DNA of 64,000 nucleotides from Eledone cirrhosa (GCA_964016885.1 OZ024747.1:36518001-36582000), one strand, 5' to 3'. Positions 1 through 13,084 are shown, counted from the first letter of the stretch. The notes: generated from the letters alone by a model not told the origin. Numbers and translations are program-made.

Positions 1-404
1 CCGGTTCCTCCTCCCACAACTCAGTCCTCTGAAAGGAGGCAACAACTTATTAGAAATATAAAATGTGCGTTCTTGATTATTGTCTATTCTCTAGAGAAAA
101 AGAGAGAGGGTATGAGAGAGAGAGAAAGTGGGAGAGAGTATGTGAAGAAAGGGAGAGAGGGTTTGAGAAAGAAAAAAATAAAGAGAGTAAGGAGTATTGG
201 GGAGGGAAGACAATAATAGCAGCGTTCGATAACTTTAACTTTTTATTTATTTATTATTTTCACACTGTTTCCACAACCATACGTCCCTCTCTCTCTCTCT
301 CTCTCTCTTTCGCACAATATGTACTGTGACTCTGGGTGTGTGTGTGTGTGTTGTTATGTGCGGGGAAGTTACAATGTCCGCACCCTCACACACACACAAA
401 CACG

Positions 405-1385
405 CATAGCGCAACCGAACTACACTGATGTCCTGTAATTCAGCGCCGAAACATCGGTTCGGCAAACATTTTCAGCTGACGATGGAAACTACTTTCTTCC
501 TTTCTCCTCCTGTTCCGTCCTAACCACCATCCTAAACCTTGTTTTTAGTAACCACAAAGCTCCATTTGTTTTATAATTTTTTACCGCTGTGACCCTACCT
601 GCTTTGTTCGATCTGTGTTCCCTCCACACTTTCGCATCGTCCCTCCCTTCTCTCTTCAATTCTCCTCCTCACTCTCGTTTTTTTTCTCTCTCCCTCTCTC
701 TCTCTCTATCCATCCGTTCAGTTTCGATTGTTGACATGTTAACACGTGCCGTGGTGGCCTCTCTGTCCGCAATCTTTGCCTCACGTTTTTACCACCGTCG
801 TAAAAAACCCTTCTCGATTATCTCCCTTTCACTTCTCCTCACTTTTGGTTACCCGTGTCTCTCTCTCACTTTCTCCTGTCTATGTGAGAGGCAGCACGAT
901 TATACCAGCTCTGAGTCGTAGCTGACCACCAGGCTAAAGTCTCCCAGGTTGGCCACAACTTACTTTCCCTATTTTTACACGGTTACCTTTTTGCATTTTT
1001 CTTTCACCTGTCTTCCCATGATGGGACCTGTACACTTTTTTCTCCTATCCCTTTCCTATTTTTTCCCTCTTTCCCCTTTCTTCCTCTCTCCTCATCTCCC
1101 CCCCCCCCTGTTCCTCCTCCTTTCCCTCTTTTTGCTTTTCTCTCTCCTTTTTATCCACTTTTTTCTCTCTCCTTTTCCACCTGGCCTTTTGATTAATAAA
1201 AGGCCTCGGGCACACCCGAACTACACCGATTTCGTGTAATTCAGCGCCGAAACATCGGTTCGGGAAACATTTACAGCTGACGATGGAAACTCCCTTCTTC
1301 CTTTCTCCTCCTGTTCCGCCCTAAACAACATGCTAAAAAACCTTGTTTTTAGTAACCACACAGCTCCTTTCATTTCATAACTTTT
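405..1385. repeat. Direct repeat of a ~170-bp unit (about 410-585 and 1213-1385) with a CCGAAC...GTTCGG hairpin; probable retroelement terminal-repeat remnant
   Basis: Both copies read ccgaactaca...aattcagcgccgaaacatcggttcgg.aaacattt.cagctgacgatggaaact...ttcttcctttctcctcctgttccg...ccttgtttttagtaaccaca.agctcc. Confidence 0.75.
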
Positions 1386-1389
1386 TGTG

Positions 1390-1390
<1 letters not shown>

Positions 1391-1460
<70 letters not shown>
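1391..1460. repeat. (AT)n microsatellite, one of more than 25 such tracts in the window
   Basis: Direct reading. Similar tracts near 2335, 2673, 4217, 11912, 13260, 21192, 43272, 44172, 50090, 53665 and 57622. Confidence 0.98.
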
Positions 1461-1465
<5 letters not shown>

Positions 1466-2293
1466 TGAGGGTGGGTTTGTATGTAAGTCCGTACCCACAT
1501 AACTTCCACAGTTTGCACCGATTTTCTTCAGATTTGGAACAGACATGCATTATTTTCCCAGAAGTGTTGTGGACTCATTAAATTTTCAAGTTTTCATATA
1601 ATGCAGACACTAGGTAGACGAAATCTGTCTCTGGGCCAGCGTGACAATCATGTCACATGTACGAAATTTAAATAATTGTTGGTTAATATTTTACTCATCT
1701 TAGTGTGTTACGTCCCCTTTTCTTAGATAATGCCTTCAAGGAAGAGATCCGCCATTCGTCGAAAAACGGTGAAAGCTGTGAGAGGAAAAAGCAAAAAAAG
1801 CAAATGAATCGTCAATGGAGGCTGCAATTAAACGATCGCAAGATGCTGAACGTAAATCTACTACAAGAGCGTTAGAAAATTACGAGCAGCGTTGTATTTA
1901 AGACATGGGTTACTTATGTACTCCGGATGGTCATGGGCACTTTCATTGCACCAGATATTGATTATAGGGCCCCGGGGGCAGATAACCCCTTTAACCCGTT
2001 ATTTGGAGTCGACTGAAGCTCTGCAGTGCAATGCAACAAAACCTCATAACTTCTGGTGTTCGCAATCAATTTTCACCAGACCTGACACATGGGCTACGTA
2101 TGTTCTACAGATGAATTTGAATACTCAGAATTGGTACATATTGAGCATAGGACTCCTGGGGGCAGAGAACCCCATTTGGAAAAAGTCGGTGATTTTGGAT
2201 AAGTATAATTTTCGAAGCAGCACTGAAATATTGATAGGAATGTTATACGTGACTGCTATTTAATACCCGAACAACACCGAGTACCTCTGCTAG
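1461..2293 (+). mobile_element. Non-autonomous Helitron retaining a short N-terminal RepHel coding remnant
   Basis: 3' end acccgaacaacaccgagt-acctctg-CTAG|T (CTAG 2290-2293) is a degenerate form of the Helitron hairpin+CTAG terminus. 5' end tatataaaactgag...gtttgtatg resembles the other Helitron starts here. ATG at 1730 gives MPSRKRSAIRRK...(frameshift) ANESSMEAAIKRSQDAERK, typical of Helitron N-termini. Confidence 0.65.
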
Positions 2294-2318
2294 TATATAC
2301 ATATATACATATATATAT

Positions 2319-2426
<108 letters not shown>

Positions 2427-2669
2427 ATGTGTGTGTCCGTGTGTGTGGAGTAATAATAGTAATTACTATAATCGAAGTTTCAGCTGCAAGTAGCAGATTT
2501 GCATCCGATTTTCGAAGACTGTAACAAAGCACTCAATGTTAGAGTAATTAATAAATTTCTCCGCAGAGTAAACACAAGAAGCTAGGCAAATTGACACAAT
2601 GAATAATGCGACCAGAGGCATGATGCCATATTAATGCAACAACAATTAAACATACAGGAAGGTTAAGGA

Positions 2670-2745
<76 letters not shown>

Positions 2746-3444
2746 GGCAGATACATGCGTGTACGTTTTGTTAATGGAAATGTCTATACCTCTATATTAA
2801 TTTTCACTTAAATATTACATGTGCGTGTTTCATATATTTCCTGAATTTCTATATTACCTGATGTATGTATACATATATTATATATATATCTATATATTCC
2901 AGTGTCTTACAATTAACTTGTTAATATTTTATTGACAGGTTAATTGTATAAGTTTATTTAAAAACCACACTTATTCGAGTTGTACTACTTATGCAATTTT
3001 TTGCATGGTATATACATACTGAATTCATTTACCAAAATCTGGGGATGTTTCCCTTGCGAATTCCACATGTGCTTTTACGCGGCTCTGTGTCATTCACAAA
3101 TTTGGTACAGAGCAAAATACCTGTTGATAATGTGATATACCTTGTTCGATCATTATACCTAAAGCTTATAATTTTAAGCAGACAGTATTTTGATTTAGGT
3201 GTCATAGAAATCCTGCATTTGGATATTAACATCAATTCCAATGGGTCCAGGTCTGTGTTTTCTCATCATGGATTTGCTTTTTGGCTTAGGTGGTTGATGC
3301 TTTCTTGACCACTATTTCAGTTTTGTATGGCATTTTAACATATTGTTTAGCTCTAGTTTTTTTAACTATGGAGCACTTGCCAGTATTATTTCTGATTTTT
3401 GCGTTTCGTTTCTCCTTTTCTACGCGCCGAAATGCGATTCTCGC

Positions 3445-3624
3445 GATCCTTAGATATGCCTCAGTTTGCAATCTCGGCTCCGATTCTGTGTACTAATTTC
3501 TCCAGTCCTTGGATGTATTCAACACATTCCCCTTTGTTACAATGTGCTAAATACAGCAAGCGACTGGAGAAATTCGCACACAGTATTGGAGCCGAGATTG
3601 CATACCGAGGAATATCTGAGGATC
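3445..3624. repeat. Imperfect inverted repeat with ~84-bp arms and a 12-nt loop
   Basis: gatccttagatatgcctcagtttgcaatctcggctcc...acacatt (3445-3528) is the reverse complement of aatgtg...ggagccgagattgcataccgaggaatatctgaggatc (3541-3624). Confidence 0.9.
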
Positions 3625-3699
3625 TTTCGATTCCAGAGTCAAGTTCGATCAATAATAGATCGTTCCTCGAGCTGATCGACAGTGAAACATATGTAATAT
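3612..3699 (+). ncRNA. Type I hammerhead ribozyme-like fold with extended stem II (family A)
   Basis: atat-CTGAGGA-[tcgat...atcga]-GAAAC-atat-GTA-atat; homologous to 46362-46456. Confidence 0.65.
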
Positions 3700-3950
3700 G
3701 TTATTAAATATGTTATGATGCAACACCGATTGTTTGTTCCTTTATTCTTATAGTGTATATATATAGAGAGAGAAATGGCTTCTACAGGACTAGAACTGTT
3801 TCATTCAAAGGAAATCAACGATTGGACCCGGGATACACACACACACATATATATATATATATATTCCAATATTTTTTCTTAAGAATCACGTTTAAATTAC
3901 ATTTAGATTTAGTACTAACGCGCAATGTAGAATAATGTATAATGTAATAA

Positions 3951-4090
3951 TTACTGGTGCTTTATTTTATCGACCCCGTAAGGAGAAAAGGCAAAGTTAA
4001 CCTCGGCGGGAATTGAACTCAGAACGTAAAGGGCCATAACTCTATGCTGAAAAGCATCGTGTCTGACGTTCTACCGATTCTGCTAATCCA
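3951..4090 (-). mobile_element. SINE (same family as 21938-22187), truncated
   Basis: Reverse complement contains gagttcaattcccgccgaggttaactttgccttttctccttacggggtcgataaaataaag, matching the copies at 22010 and 34140. Confidence 0.85.
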
Positions 4091-4215
4091 ATGTAGATTT
4101 CACAGACCGATAACGTAAGGCATTGAAACACGTTTAAGCATTTTCATTACTCAATGAAAGATTAATTGGATATAAATTATCAACATATTTCTATTTTACC
4201 TGTTATAACGATCTG

Positions 4216-4261
<46 letters not shown>

Positions 4262-4429
4262 ATGTATGTATCTATCTCTGTATAGAAACACAGACATACA
4301 TACACATGCATTCACACACACACGTATATATATATATGTATATATACGTTATTCCGGGTTGAATCGGAGGTAACCACAGTAAGTAAGGTACTCAATACAT
4401 TGCAGAGTATAAAAGTTTTAATATAGATG

Positions 4430-4480
4430 AGATTCTACAGGACTAGAACTGTTTCATTCTTTAGAAATCATCAGGAATCT
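4430..4480 (-). ncRNA. Minimal type I hammerhead ribozyme (family D)
   Basis: Minus strand: agattc-CTGATGA-tttctaaagaat-GAAAC-ag ttctagtc ct-GTA-gaatct. Confidence 0.75.
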
Positions 4481-4529
4481 GATTCCTGATGATTTCTAAA
4501 GAATGAAACAGTTCTAGTCCTGTAGAATC
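4481..4529 (+). ncRNA. Minimal type I hammerhead ribozyme (family D)
   Basis: gattc-CTGATGA-tttctaaagaat-GAAAC-ag...ct-GTA-gaatc; predicted cleavage after 4524. Confidence 0.75.
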
Positions 4530-6249
4530 TCATCTATATTAAAACTATATGTATATATATATATATATATATGTATATACACACATACATGTAATGGTTT
4601 CTGATTGCGGCACAAAGCCAACAATTTGAAGGGAGAGAAAGACGATTAAATCGACCCCAGTGAATTTCTGGCCTTCTTGTCATGTTATTGGGACGATTAT
4701 TGTATTATAAAAGCGAATTTCATGCCTTAGTAGAATTTGATAATGCTCGGTGACATATTAGTGATGGTAGGAAGAAAATATTGTACGTACATATCTTAGA
4801 CAATCAATTTTATATTAATGATTACATTTTATATTTTACTGTTGATTCATCGTATATGTGTGCATTTGTGTATGTTAATGTGTATGAATAGATACTACAG
4901 ATGAATGACCGTCCTTTAGTCATTTTGTTCAATTGCCAATATTATTTAAGAACTTTCTTGAATTGTTGATTTGTATATCTAAACTTACATCTTCCCCCCT
5001 ATGAACTTTTGTTATTTCGACTGCATGATCAGGCAGCCAACCTACAACAACAGACAAGAATGTTGTCCCAAAATAGTGATGTTTTGTCAAATCTTACAGG
5101 AATTCGATTTTCCTTATTCTAAACATGAACTTACATATACTTTCTCATTTTTAATTTCTCGTTTCAACTATTAGTTCAATTCTGTTATGTCTACTGCCGG
5201 CGAACACATTATATCGAATCATGTATCAATATATAAATACAATGCGATTGAAATATTTGACTCATTTATCTTTCACGTTTTGCCCTCAAAAAGAAATAAT
5301 AGTAATAACGAAAGAAGGAAACAATAAACATGAGAAAGTAAAATCGTGTTAATCGAAAAATCTTACATTTCCTAATCAAATCAATAAGAACGAAAATCTC
5401 TTTTGAATAAAATCAATTGCATTAATATATTTACTAAATGAGTAGGCAGAAGAATATAGAAAAGAAGAATAGAATTGTATGGGTATTTATATTAGGAATG
5501 TCATTCACTAGCAAATCTATGATTTTCCAATAAAGAAAAATATGAAATCGGTTTGATGAAGATATAATTGAAAATAAGACATCCTTGTAATTTGTGCCTT
5601 TGAAATTCGTTTCATTTTGATGATTCCAGTAAACTGCATGGAAGTCAGCAGCCGAGACAAGATGTCTGTTTTTGCTTACAGTTATCATTTAATATATGAT
5701 ATATAGAGAATTATTATTGTGGTAACCCATGAATAGTTCATCGATTTGAAAAAATAACAACAGCAATATTAATAATCATACACAAACACTGCTTTCAAAA
5801 TATGAACTAAAGTGATTTGATAAATCAGAAACAATCCCCAAACTACAAAATATAACCTACCAAGAATTGAAGGAGGTATTGTTGAGATTGGGTATCATAG
5901 AGAAACAAAGATACCAAGAGGTTAAGGAATAATTTATGAATGAATGAATAAGCAACAGAAAGACTATGAAAGAAGTCAAGATAGAGATATGGTTATAAAT
6001 AGATGCTAAAATGTTTCAGGAATATGTAATGGAATTCTCTAACCATGTGTAAGTATGTATATACGTAAGGAAAGAGAAACACACACATACACAGACACAA
6101 ACACATATGAACATACACACACTTATATACACACACACACATATAAATATATATATATATACAAAATTTAGTACAGCATCAACGAAGCCATGGTTACAGC
6201 CAAGCTAACGAATGCAGTTTCGGCAATAACATCAGGCAATAAAGAGATC

Positions 6250-7826
6250 AGGCAATAAGATGGTTCAATAACATTAGGGACAAAAACAAATCTTCTTTTA
6301 TTCAATTCGATATAGATGAATACTATTCCTCTATTTCACCCGAAACCCTGCATAAGGCCCTCTCTTTCGCTAAGACTAACTCGGACCTCACAAACGAGGA
6401 AATTAATATTATACTTGAAGCTAGACGCACAGTAGTGCACTTTGAAAATAGTTATTGAGTCCGCAGGGATAGACCCTCGGAATTCGACATTACGATGGGT
6501 TCTAATGATTCGGCGGAGGTCACGGATTTGGTTGGGATCTATATAGCCCATAGACTCCAGAGCGAATTTACGGACCTCCACGGCGGAATATACCGCGACG
6601 ATACACTTCTATTAGTCAAGAATATGAACAAACAAAACCTAGAAAGGCGACGTAAAAACATTAGGAAACTTTTCTTAGAACTAGGGCTTAATATTACCTT
6701 TGAACACAATCTTATGGTGGTCAACTTCTTGGATGTTACCTTCAACCTTAATAACGGTAATATAGAGCCATTTCACAAACTTAATGAAAATCTTAAGTAC
6801 GTTAATGTAAAATCGAACCATCCTCATTCCATTATTAAATCTATCCCTAAAAATATATCCATAAGGATCTCCCGACTGTCGTCTAATTTGCAGACCTTCA
6901 ACGAGCATGCTGAATATTATAATGACGCACTTAGAAAAGCTGGTTACTGCGAGAAAATTGAATATCTAGACGATAACCACATAAGTACTATGAATAAAAC
7001 ACATCTAAGTCGAACTAGTATTGCACCACACACACACATCAATAGGCATACTAATAGGTGCAAACCAGCAAATAGAGTCAGACGTAGAGAGTACATATGG
7101 TATAACCCCGTGTACAATTCTTCTATTAGCACTAAGATTATCTCACAATTCTATACACTAATCAATAAACACTTTACAACTTCACATAAATACTATAAAA
7201 TCTTTAACTCGCGCACCATTAGACTATCATACTCCACTGCACCTAACATAGAACAACTAATTAGAAAACTCAACTCAGCAATACTGAATAAGTACATCCC
7301 TAATGACTCAGCGCACCAGCATAGCAACATGCAACGCACTAACACGCAACCACAACCCCACCAAACTATCCAGGATTCTACTGCAAAACATAAAAATAGT
7401 TGTAACTGCACCAAACCAGGTACGTGCCCACTGAATAACCAGTGCCTAGCACGCAATATTGTTTACCGGTGTACAATAAATTCCGGGACCAACAAATGGT
7501 ATTACGTCGGATGTACCGCAACTTCTTTCAAGGCTCGCCTATACCAACATCGATCTTCGATCAGGCACGAGAAAATGCGCTCCGTAACAACCCTCGCCGA
7601 TAAAGCCTGGCAGCTTCGGAGGAACAATCAAGCGTTCTCCCTTGATTGGCAAATTATTGCAGCTGCGCCTGCATATCAGCAAAATCATCGATTCTGCAAG
7701 TTATGCAATTTAGAGATATACTGCATTTTAACGTCGGTAAACAAACTTTTGAACAGCAAAATTGAACGTTCTCTATACTGTAACCATCGTTTGAAAACGA
7801 CTTTTTCTTTTTTTAAATGCATATAA
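6250..7826 (+). pseudogene. PLE reverse transcriptase + GIY-YIG endonuclease (5' truncated; one stop near 6457; open 6495-7826)
   Basis: RT motifs FDIDEYYSSI, MGSNDSAE, GIYRDD, VNFLDVT; linker CNCTKPGTCP (CxCx5C); NIVY...YYVG...FKARLYQH; CKLC; LLN; terminal YCNH. Confidence 0.92.
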
Positions 7827-8229
7827 TGTTACCTTTTTACACCAACGTTTGCAAATTTCTGTCTTATATGTTTATACACTAGATATGGCTTTCTATAATA
7901 ATAGTACTAAACACTGTTTTTCTGGACCCCTTTAGAAATAACCTGCTACTATAATAGCCCTTGTCTGTGACATTGTACCACTTTGACCCCTCTAACTAAA
8001 TTTTGTCCGAACAACACCACTAGAAGTATCTACTTCCCAGCCAACCTTAGCACGCCTCATTAAGCTAACTGCTGCCAAAACATTCTCTCTTCACAATCTC
8101 TACTAGTCTGACAGTCTTAAACCCTAAGACTCCCTCCACCTTACTCACTTCCCTCTTCCCCTTCTCTTCCTACCTCCTTCTTTATCTTTTATCTAGTGTA
8201 TAAAATATTTTCATATCATTCTAATACAA

Positions 8230-8346
8230 AGGTCTGATGACATGGTGTGTTGGCTTACAGTGTACTTTCGGTTTTTGATAATATTTGTGTATTATTCAAA
8301 TAGCGAGGTATAGGTAACTCATACACTATAGAAACAATTGTTACCT
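8230..8346 (+). ncRNA. Type I hammerhead-like fold with ~90-nt stem II in the PLE 3' repeat
   Basis: aggt-CTGATGA-[atggtgtgt...atacactat]-GAAAC-aatt-GTT-acct, followed by AATAAA. Confidence 0.7.
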
Positions 8347-8940
8347 AATAAATTCTATATACCCACATTTCCATTTCGTAAATTTTTTCTCCATATTTTC
8401 TCCGGATTTTAAAACACTTTATTATACGTTGAGCAATCTCTGACGTCAGTTGACTCCATCCAATGCAACTACTTAGTAACATTGGAATACAAATTATCTA
8501 ATTATATATATATATATATATATATGCAGAGATTATATATAATTTGTTGGGATAGAACAAGCTAAAATATTTTTATAACTGATATAAAGCACTCAACAAA
8601 TTATTGGAGTAAATATACAATATATTAACAAATGGAAACTATATTTATAAAACCATATTTATGACTATCCAGGAAGCTCCAACCGTTAAGATTGCATTTG
8701 TTCAGGGTATGTCAATATTTATTTATAAAACTAATCTGTTATGTATTTTATCTCATGAAAGCGCACCATAATCTGCCTTGGTTGCCTTTGAAATATGTAT
8801 AATAAAATAAATATGATTTTATAAATATAGTTTCCAATTGTTAATATCTTGTATATATATATTAAAGTTGAGACAGTAAACAGAAAACAAAAAACAAAAA
8901 AAACGTGGAAGCGAAGAAGCAGTATATATGTTAATATTAT

Positions 8941-11700
8941 GTTCACGCCTGAGAGTGTGGGGGTGGGGGCTTACGTGTAGCGCATAAGCCCTTCATCAGG
9001 AGAAAAGTGGGCAGGAAGAGAGTTCTGAGGGTGTGTGTGGGAGTGGTAGAAAGACATTAAAAAGGAGAGCGTAGAAAAGGGAGGGAAACAATTTTTTTAG
9101 ATAGTAAAAATAATTAAAAGTAAAAAGAAACAAGTGGTGAAAGGGTGTGAAGCGTGTAGGGGTGGTGGTGGGTGGAGGGAAGACGGGCGTGGGGTCTGAT
9201 AGGGAAGGGCGAAAGGTGGTGTGTGTGTATGTGTGTAGGTGTACGTGTGTGTGTGTGTGTGGATGTGAATGTGAGAGTTCGGGGAAGAACGAGGTTCCAT
9301 GTTCGGGTAATAGGGAAACCGGTGAAGGTAGGGGAGAGGAGGCATGAGAAGTACGGAGGCTTGTGTGTGTGTATGTGAGGATACGCACGCGCGTGTGTGT
9401 GTGTGTATGTATGGTTGCATGGTGCGAAAATAGTGAATGTGTTTGTGTGTGTTTGTGTTCGAGGATGTTTTTCCACGGACTGTAAGACCGGATGTTGGAG
9501 ATTCTGAGTGTGGCAAGGTGGATAGCTGGAACGAGGGAGCGGTGGTCTAAAATCTTGGTATGCTAGTGAAATCCAGGTATGGTAGTGAGGAAGTGGAAAG
9601 TAGTGGGATGCGTGCGCAACAGGAAGTGGTCAGAGGGTCAAGGCAGGCCGAAGGAGGTGGGAGGGGAGTAGATAGCAGTTGGAAAGTGACAACAGGCAAA
9701 GTAGAGAGGAGGCTGACAGGTATAGAGATGGTCTGGATGTGGTGTGGAATGTGTGTATCTGTGTGCGGAGGTGCGGTGGACACGGGAGGGATAGGTGTTA
9801 AAGGTGGAGGGAGCGGGTGGCGGTGTGGGGGGTCGGTGTGTATATTAGTGGATGTGTTAGTGGGATGTATGTGAGTGAGGGTGTTAGTAGAGCGGGGAGA
9901 GAGAGAGGGAGAGAGAAGATTTGGGGACAGTAGGAGGGAGCGTAATGTACTGGTGTGTGTGTGAGAGTTTGGATATGAGTGTGTGTGTGTGAGTGTGGTA
10001 GAGAGGGTGTGAGTATTACTGGTGGCGGGGGAAGGGTTGAATGCGGGTGTGGGAGTGGGGGTTAGTGGTGGTAGTGTGTGTGGAGTGGGTGGTGTATCGG
10101 TGTGTGCGTGGGTGGGTGTATGGGTGATGGTGTGTGTTCGTGTTTGTGTGGTGAGGAGGAAGGTGAGTTGGTAACACCACAAAACCACTCCCAAGATTAA
10201 CCGTCCCCTCCACTTCAAGCCACCCTTACCCCCTTGGTCCACCCCAGCACTAATGATACTAGCAAGCCCCACCCACTTCCTCCTCCACGCACACAGACCA
10301 GTATATATACACTCACTCACACTATTCCCACACCCTACTACCACCATTAACCCCCACCACACATCCACATTCAACAGCCCCATCACTAATAATACTAAAC
10401 ACCCCCAACCCACCACCCACTCACAACGCACACATGAACAAACACCAGCATATATACACTCACCCACACCTATTTATACACCGATACACAACCTAGCCCC
10501 ACACGAACTACCACCACTAACCCCCACCTACACACCCATATTTCACACCCCACCACCACTAATAATACTTATACCCACCCTACCACACACACGCACTCAT
10601 ACCCAAACACGCACACACCAGTATATTACACTCATTCATACCGTACCCAGCACCTCTCTTTCCCTCCGTACTACCCCCCCCCCCACCCCCACCCTCCCAC
10701 ACATCCTACTAACATCTCCAATAATATACACACAACTCCCCTACACACACCACCACCCTCTCCTTCAACCTTTCACACTGACCCATCTCCTCTCCCGTCC
10801 ACCGCATCCTCGCACACATATACACACATTCCTACACATTTGCCACTGACTACCTTTAGACCCCCCTTCGCCTTCCTGCTCTCTCTCACGCACACTTCGC
10901 TCTGCCTTCTCCACCTTCTCCACCCCATGCCTTGACCTTCTTGACCACTTCCTGTTGCGCGAGCCCCACAACTTTCTACTACGCCATCCTCACCAATTCC
11001 ACGGATCTTACACCGTTGGTCACACTCTCAGGATATCTACGAGATAATACCCGGATTTTCACCATCTCTCCACACACCGAATAACCATTCAGGAATACAC
11101 ACACAAACATCTATACCATTTTCGCACACACGCAACCATACATTACCACGTATCCCCACCATAAACACACACTCACATATGTGCGTATCCTCACATACAC
11201 CCACTCTGCCTCCGGACTTCACACGCTCCCTCTACCCCACCCCTTCGGACCCCTCTCCATCCACAAGCGCACACTCACACAGACTTACACCCTACCCCAT
11301 CAACACACTGGTTCTCCTAACACCCGAGCATGGAACCTCGTTCTTGCCCAAACTCTCACACTCACATCCTCGCACACCTACACATACATACATAGACACC
11401 ACCTTTCACCCTCCCCAGTCGGACCCCCAATTTCCTTCTCCCCTCTCCCTCCATCCATCCACCACCACCTCTACACGCCTCACACCTTTTCACCACTTGT
11501 TTTCAACTTATTGTCCCACTTACGTGTTATTTTTATTTTTATTTTTTTCCTTTTATCTTAATGTTTTTCCACCTCTCTCCCTCACACCCTCTCGGAACTC
11601 CTCTCCTTACCACCATTCTCCTGATGAAGGGTTTATGCCCGAAACGTCGTCCTTCACCCACTCTCAAGCGTGAACCTAATACTTAACACCTTTCATAATT
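8941..11700. repeat. Diverged inverted duplication (about 8941-9700 vs 10880-11700) around a GT/CA low-complexity core; probable PLE terminal-repeat remnant
   Basis: Shared on opposite strands: cccga(a/g)catggaacctcgttctt, ctcctgatgaaggg.ttatgc, cactctca.gcgtgaac. Strand composition flips from G/T-rich to C/A-rich near 10175. Confidence 0.7.
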
Positions 11701-11751
11701 GTACTCCTTGTTATTTACTTTTCCAGTATATATATATTGAGATTGATTATT

Positions 11752-11907
11752 TTAGTTTCTGAAGATCACGTTAAGCGATTCTTTGCTTAAACTTTAATCT
11801 GTTATTTCATAAAATATTTGCTCTAGGGTTCTTATATATTTGGTATATATATTTATCCTTATCGAGCTCTCTTTGGATTTTCGTTTTCACATTTATCCTT
11901 ATTACTA

Positions 11908-11910
<3 letters not shown>
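11752..11910 (+). repeat. Short interspersed element family B (other copies 13500-13575 -, 45738-45905 -, 50127-50358, 59086-59135 +)
   Basis: Shared tttaatctgttattt..ataaatatttgctct.gggttcttatat...tttatcctt; the 3' end abuts (AT)n. Confidence 0.8.
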
Positions 11911-11962
<52 letters not shown>

Positions 11963-11966
11963 GCCT

Positions 11967-12055
<89 letters not shown>

Positions 12056-12240
12056 GTGTATATATATATATATATGTATGTATATATAGATATATATTTG
12101 TGTATGTATATATGTCTATGTGTATTTGTGTGTATATACATGTATATTCGTGTTTGTATGTATGCGTGTGAGTGTATTTATTTGTGTATATATATATGTG
12201 CGTGTGTGTGTGTATGTATGTGTATGTGTGTGTGTGTGTA

Positions 12241-12285
<45 letters not shown>

Positions 12286-12314
12286 GTGTGTGTGTATATA
12301 TGTGTATATATTTT

Positions 12315-12381
<67 letters not shown>

Positions 12382-12545
12382 GTGTATATATATGTATTAT
12401 ATATGTATGTGTGTATGTATGTCTGTATGTACGTGTGTGTACATGAATATATATTTATATATTTTTATATATATGTGTGTGTGTTTTTATGTGTGTATAT
12501 GTGTTTGTGTGTGTGTTTATGGTTGCGCGTAAGTGTGTGATTGAG
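11911..12545. repeat. Compound (AT)n/(GT)n microsatellite
   Basis: Direct reading. Confidence 0.97.
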
Positions 12546-13033
12546 TATGTGTTTTTTTGTTTTTTTGTGAATGTGTCTGTTGATTTTTGGCATATAGTTG
12601 ATTAGTTTAAGAGAAGTTCGAAGATAATAGTAAGATATGCACTCAGTATGTTGAATCTGTCTGCAGAATTCTCTAGACCTTTGTCACTTAGTAGAACCTT
12701 AATGACTTTAGCTTTTAAAGAATCTCCCTTTTCTTTAATTCTATCGACTATGACTGACCCCCCACTGATTTTATAGACACCTGTTAGCTTAAGAGAAACT
12801 TATTGACAAGGAATGGTAGGCCATCCGGAACCTGTTTATAGAATTCTGTCTGCCCTTGTTACTCTAAAAACATAAATAAATAAAAATAAAAATAAAAATA
12901 AACTATAGCTTTGTAGAATTAGCTTTTAATGAATTCCCTTTTCTATCAACCAATGACCTGCACCCATCCCACTCCCCACCCTCTCCTACCACTTGTAGAG
13001 ACCTATAAATACCATATTTATTTTTTGATACCC

Positions 13034-13084
13034 AGATTCCTGATGATTTCAAATGAATGAAACAGTTCTAGTCCTGTAGAATCT
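13034..13084 (+). ncRNA. Minimal type I hammerhead ribozyme (family D); the element continues to ~13168, then (AT)n
   Basis: agattc-CTGATGA-tttcaaatgaat-GAAAC-ag...ct-GTA-gaatct. Differences from the 4481 copy fall in the stem II loop. Confidence 0.75.

Larger units (their letters stand above)
4345..4546. mobile_element. Short non-coding element (family D; minus copy 4345-4480) with a perfect fold-back duplication (4481-4546), set in (AT)n
   Basis: 4414-4479 and 4481-4546 are exact reverse complements. 4345-4480 is the reverse complement of 13034-13168. Confidence 0.85.
6250..8505 (+). mobile_element. 5'-truncated Penelope-like element, probably Hydra clade, whose 3' UTR/pLTR ends in (AT)n
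   Basis: RT and GIY-YIG coding region followed by a ~680-bp tail containing a hammerhead. Tail end (ctccgga...cgttgagcaa) is homologous to 43170-43205. Confidence 0.9.

Noticed and set aside
9547-10849. 306-aa and 198-aa Pro/Thr/His-rich ORFs
   Set aside because: Products of low-complexity C/A-rich DNA with no domain motifs.
11840-12540. Long ORFs of YI/CV/HT dipeptides here and throughout the window
   Set aside because: They are stop-free translations of (AT)n, (GT)n and (CA)n microsatellites.
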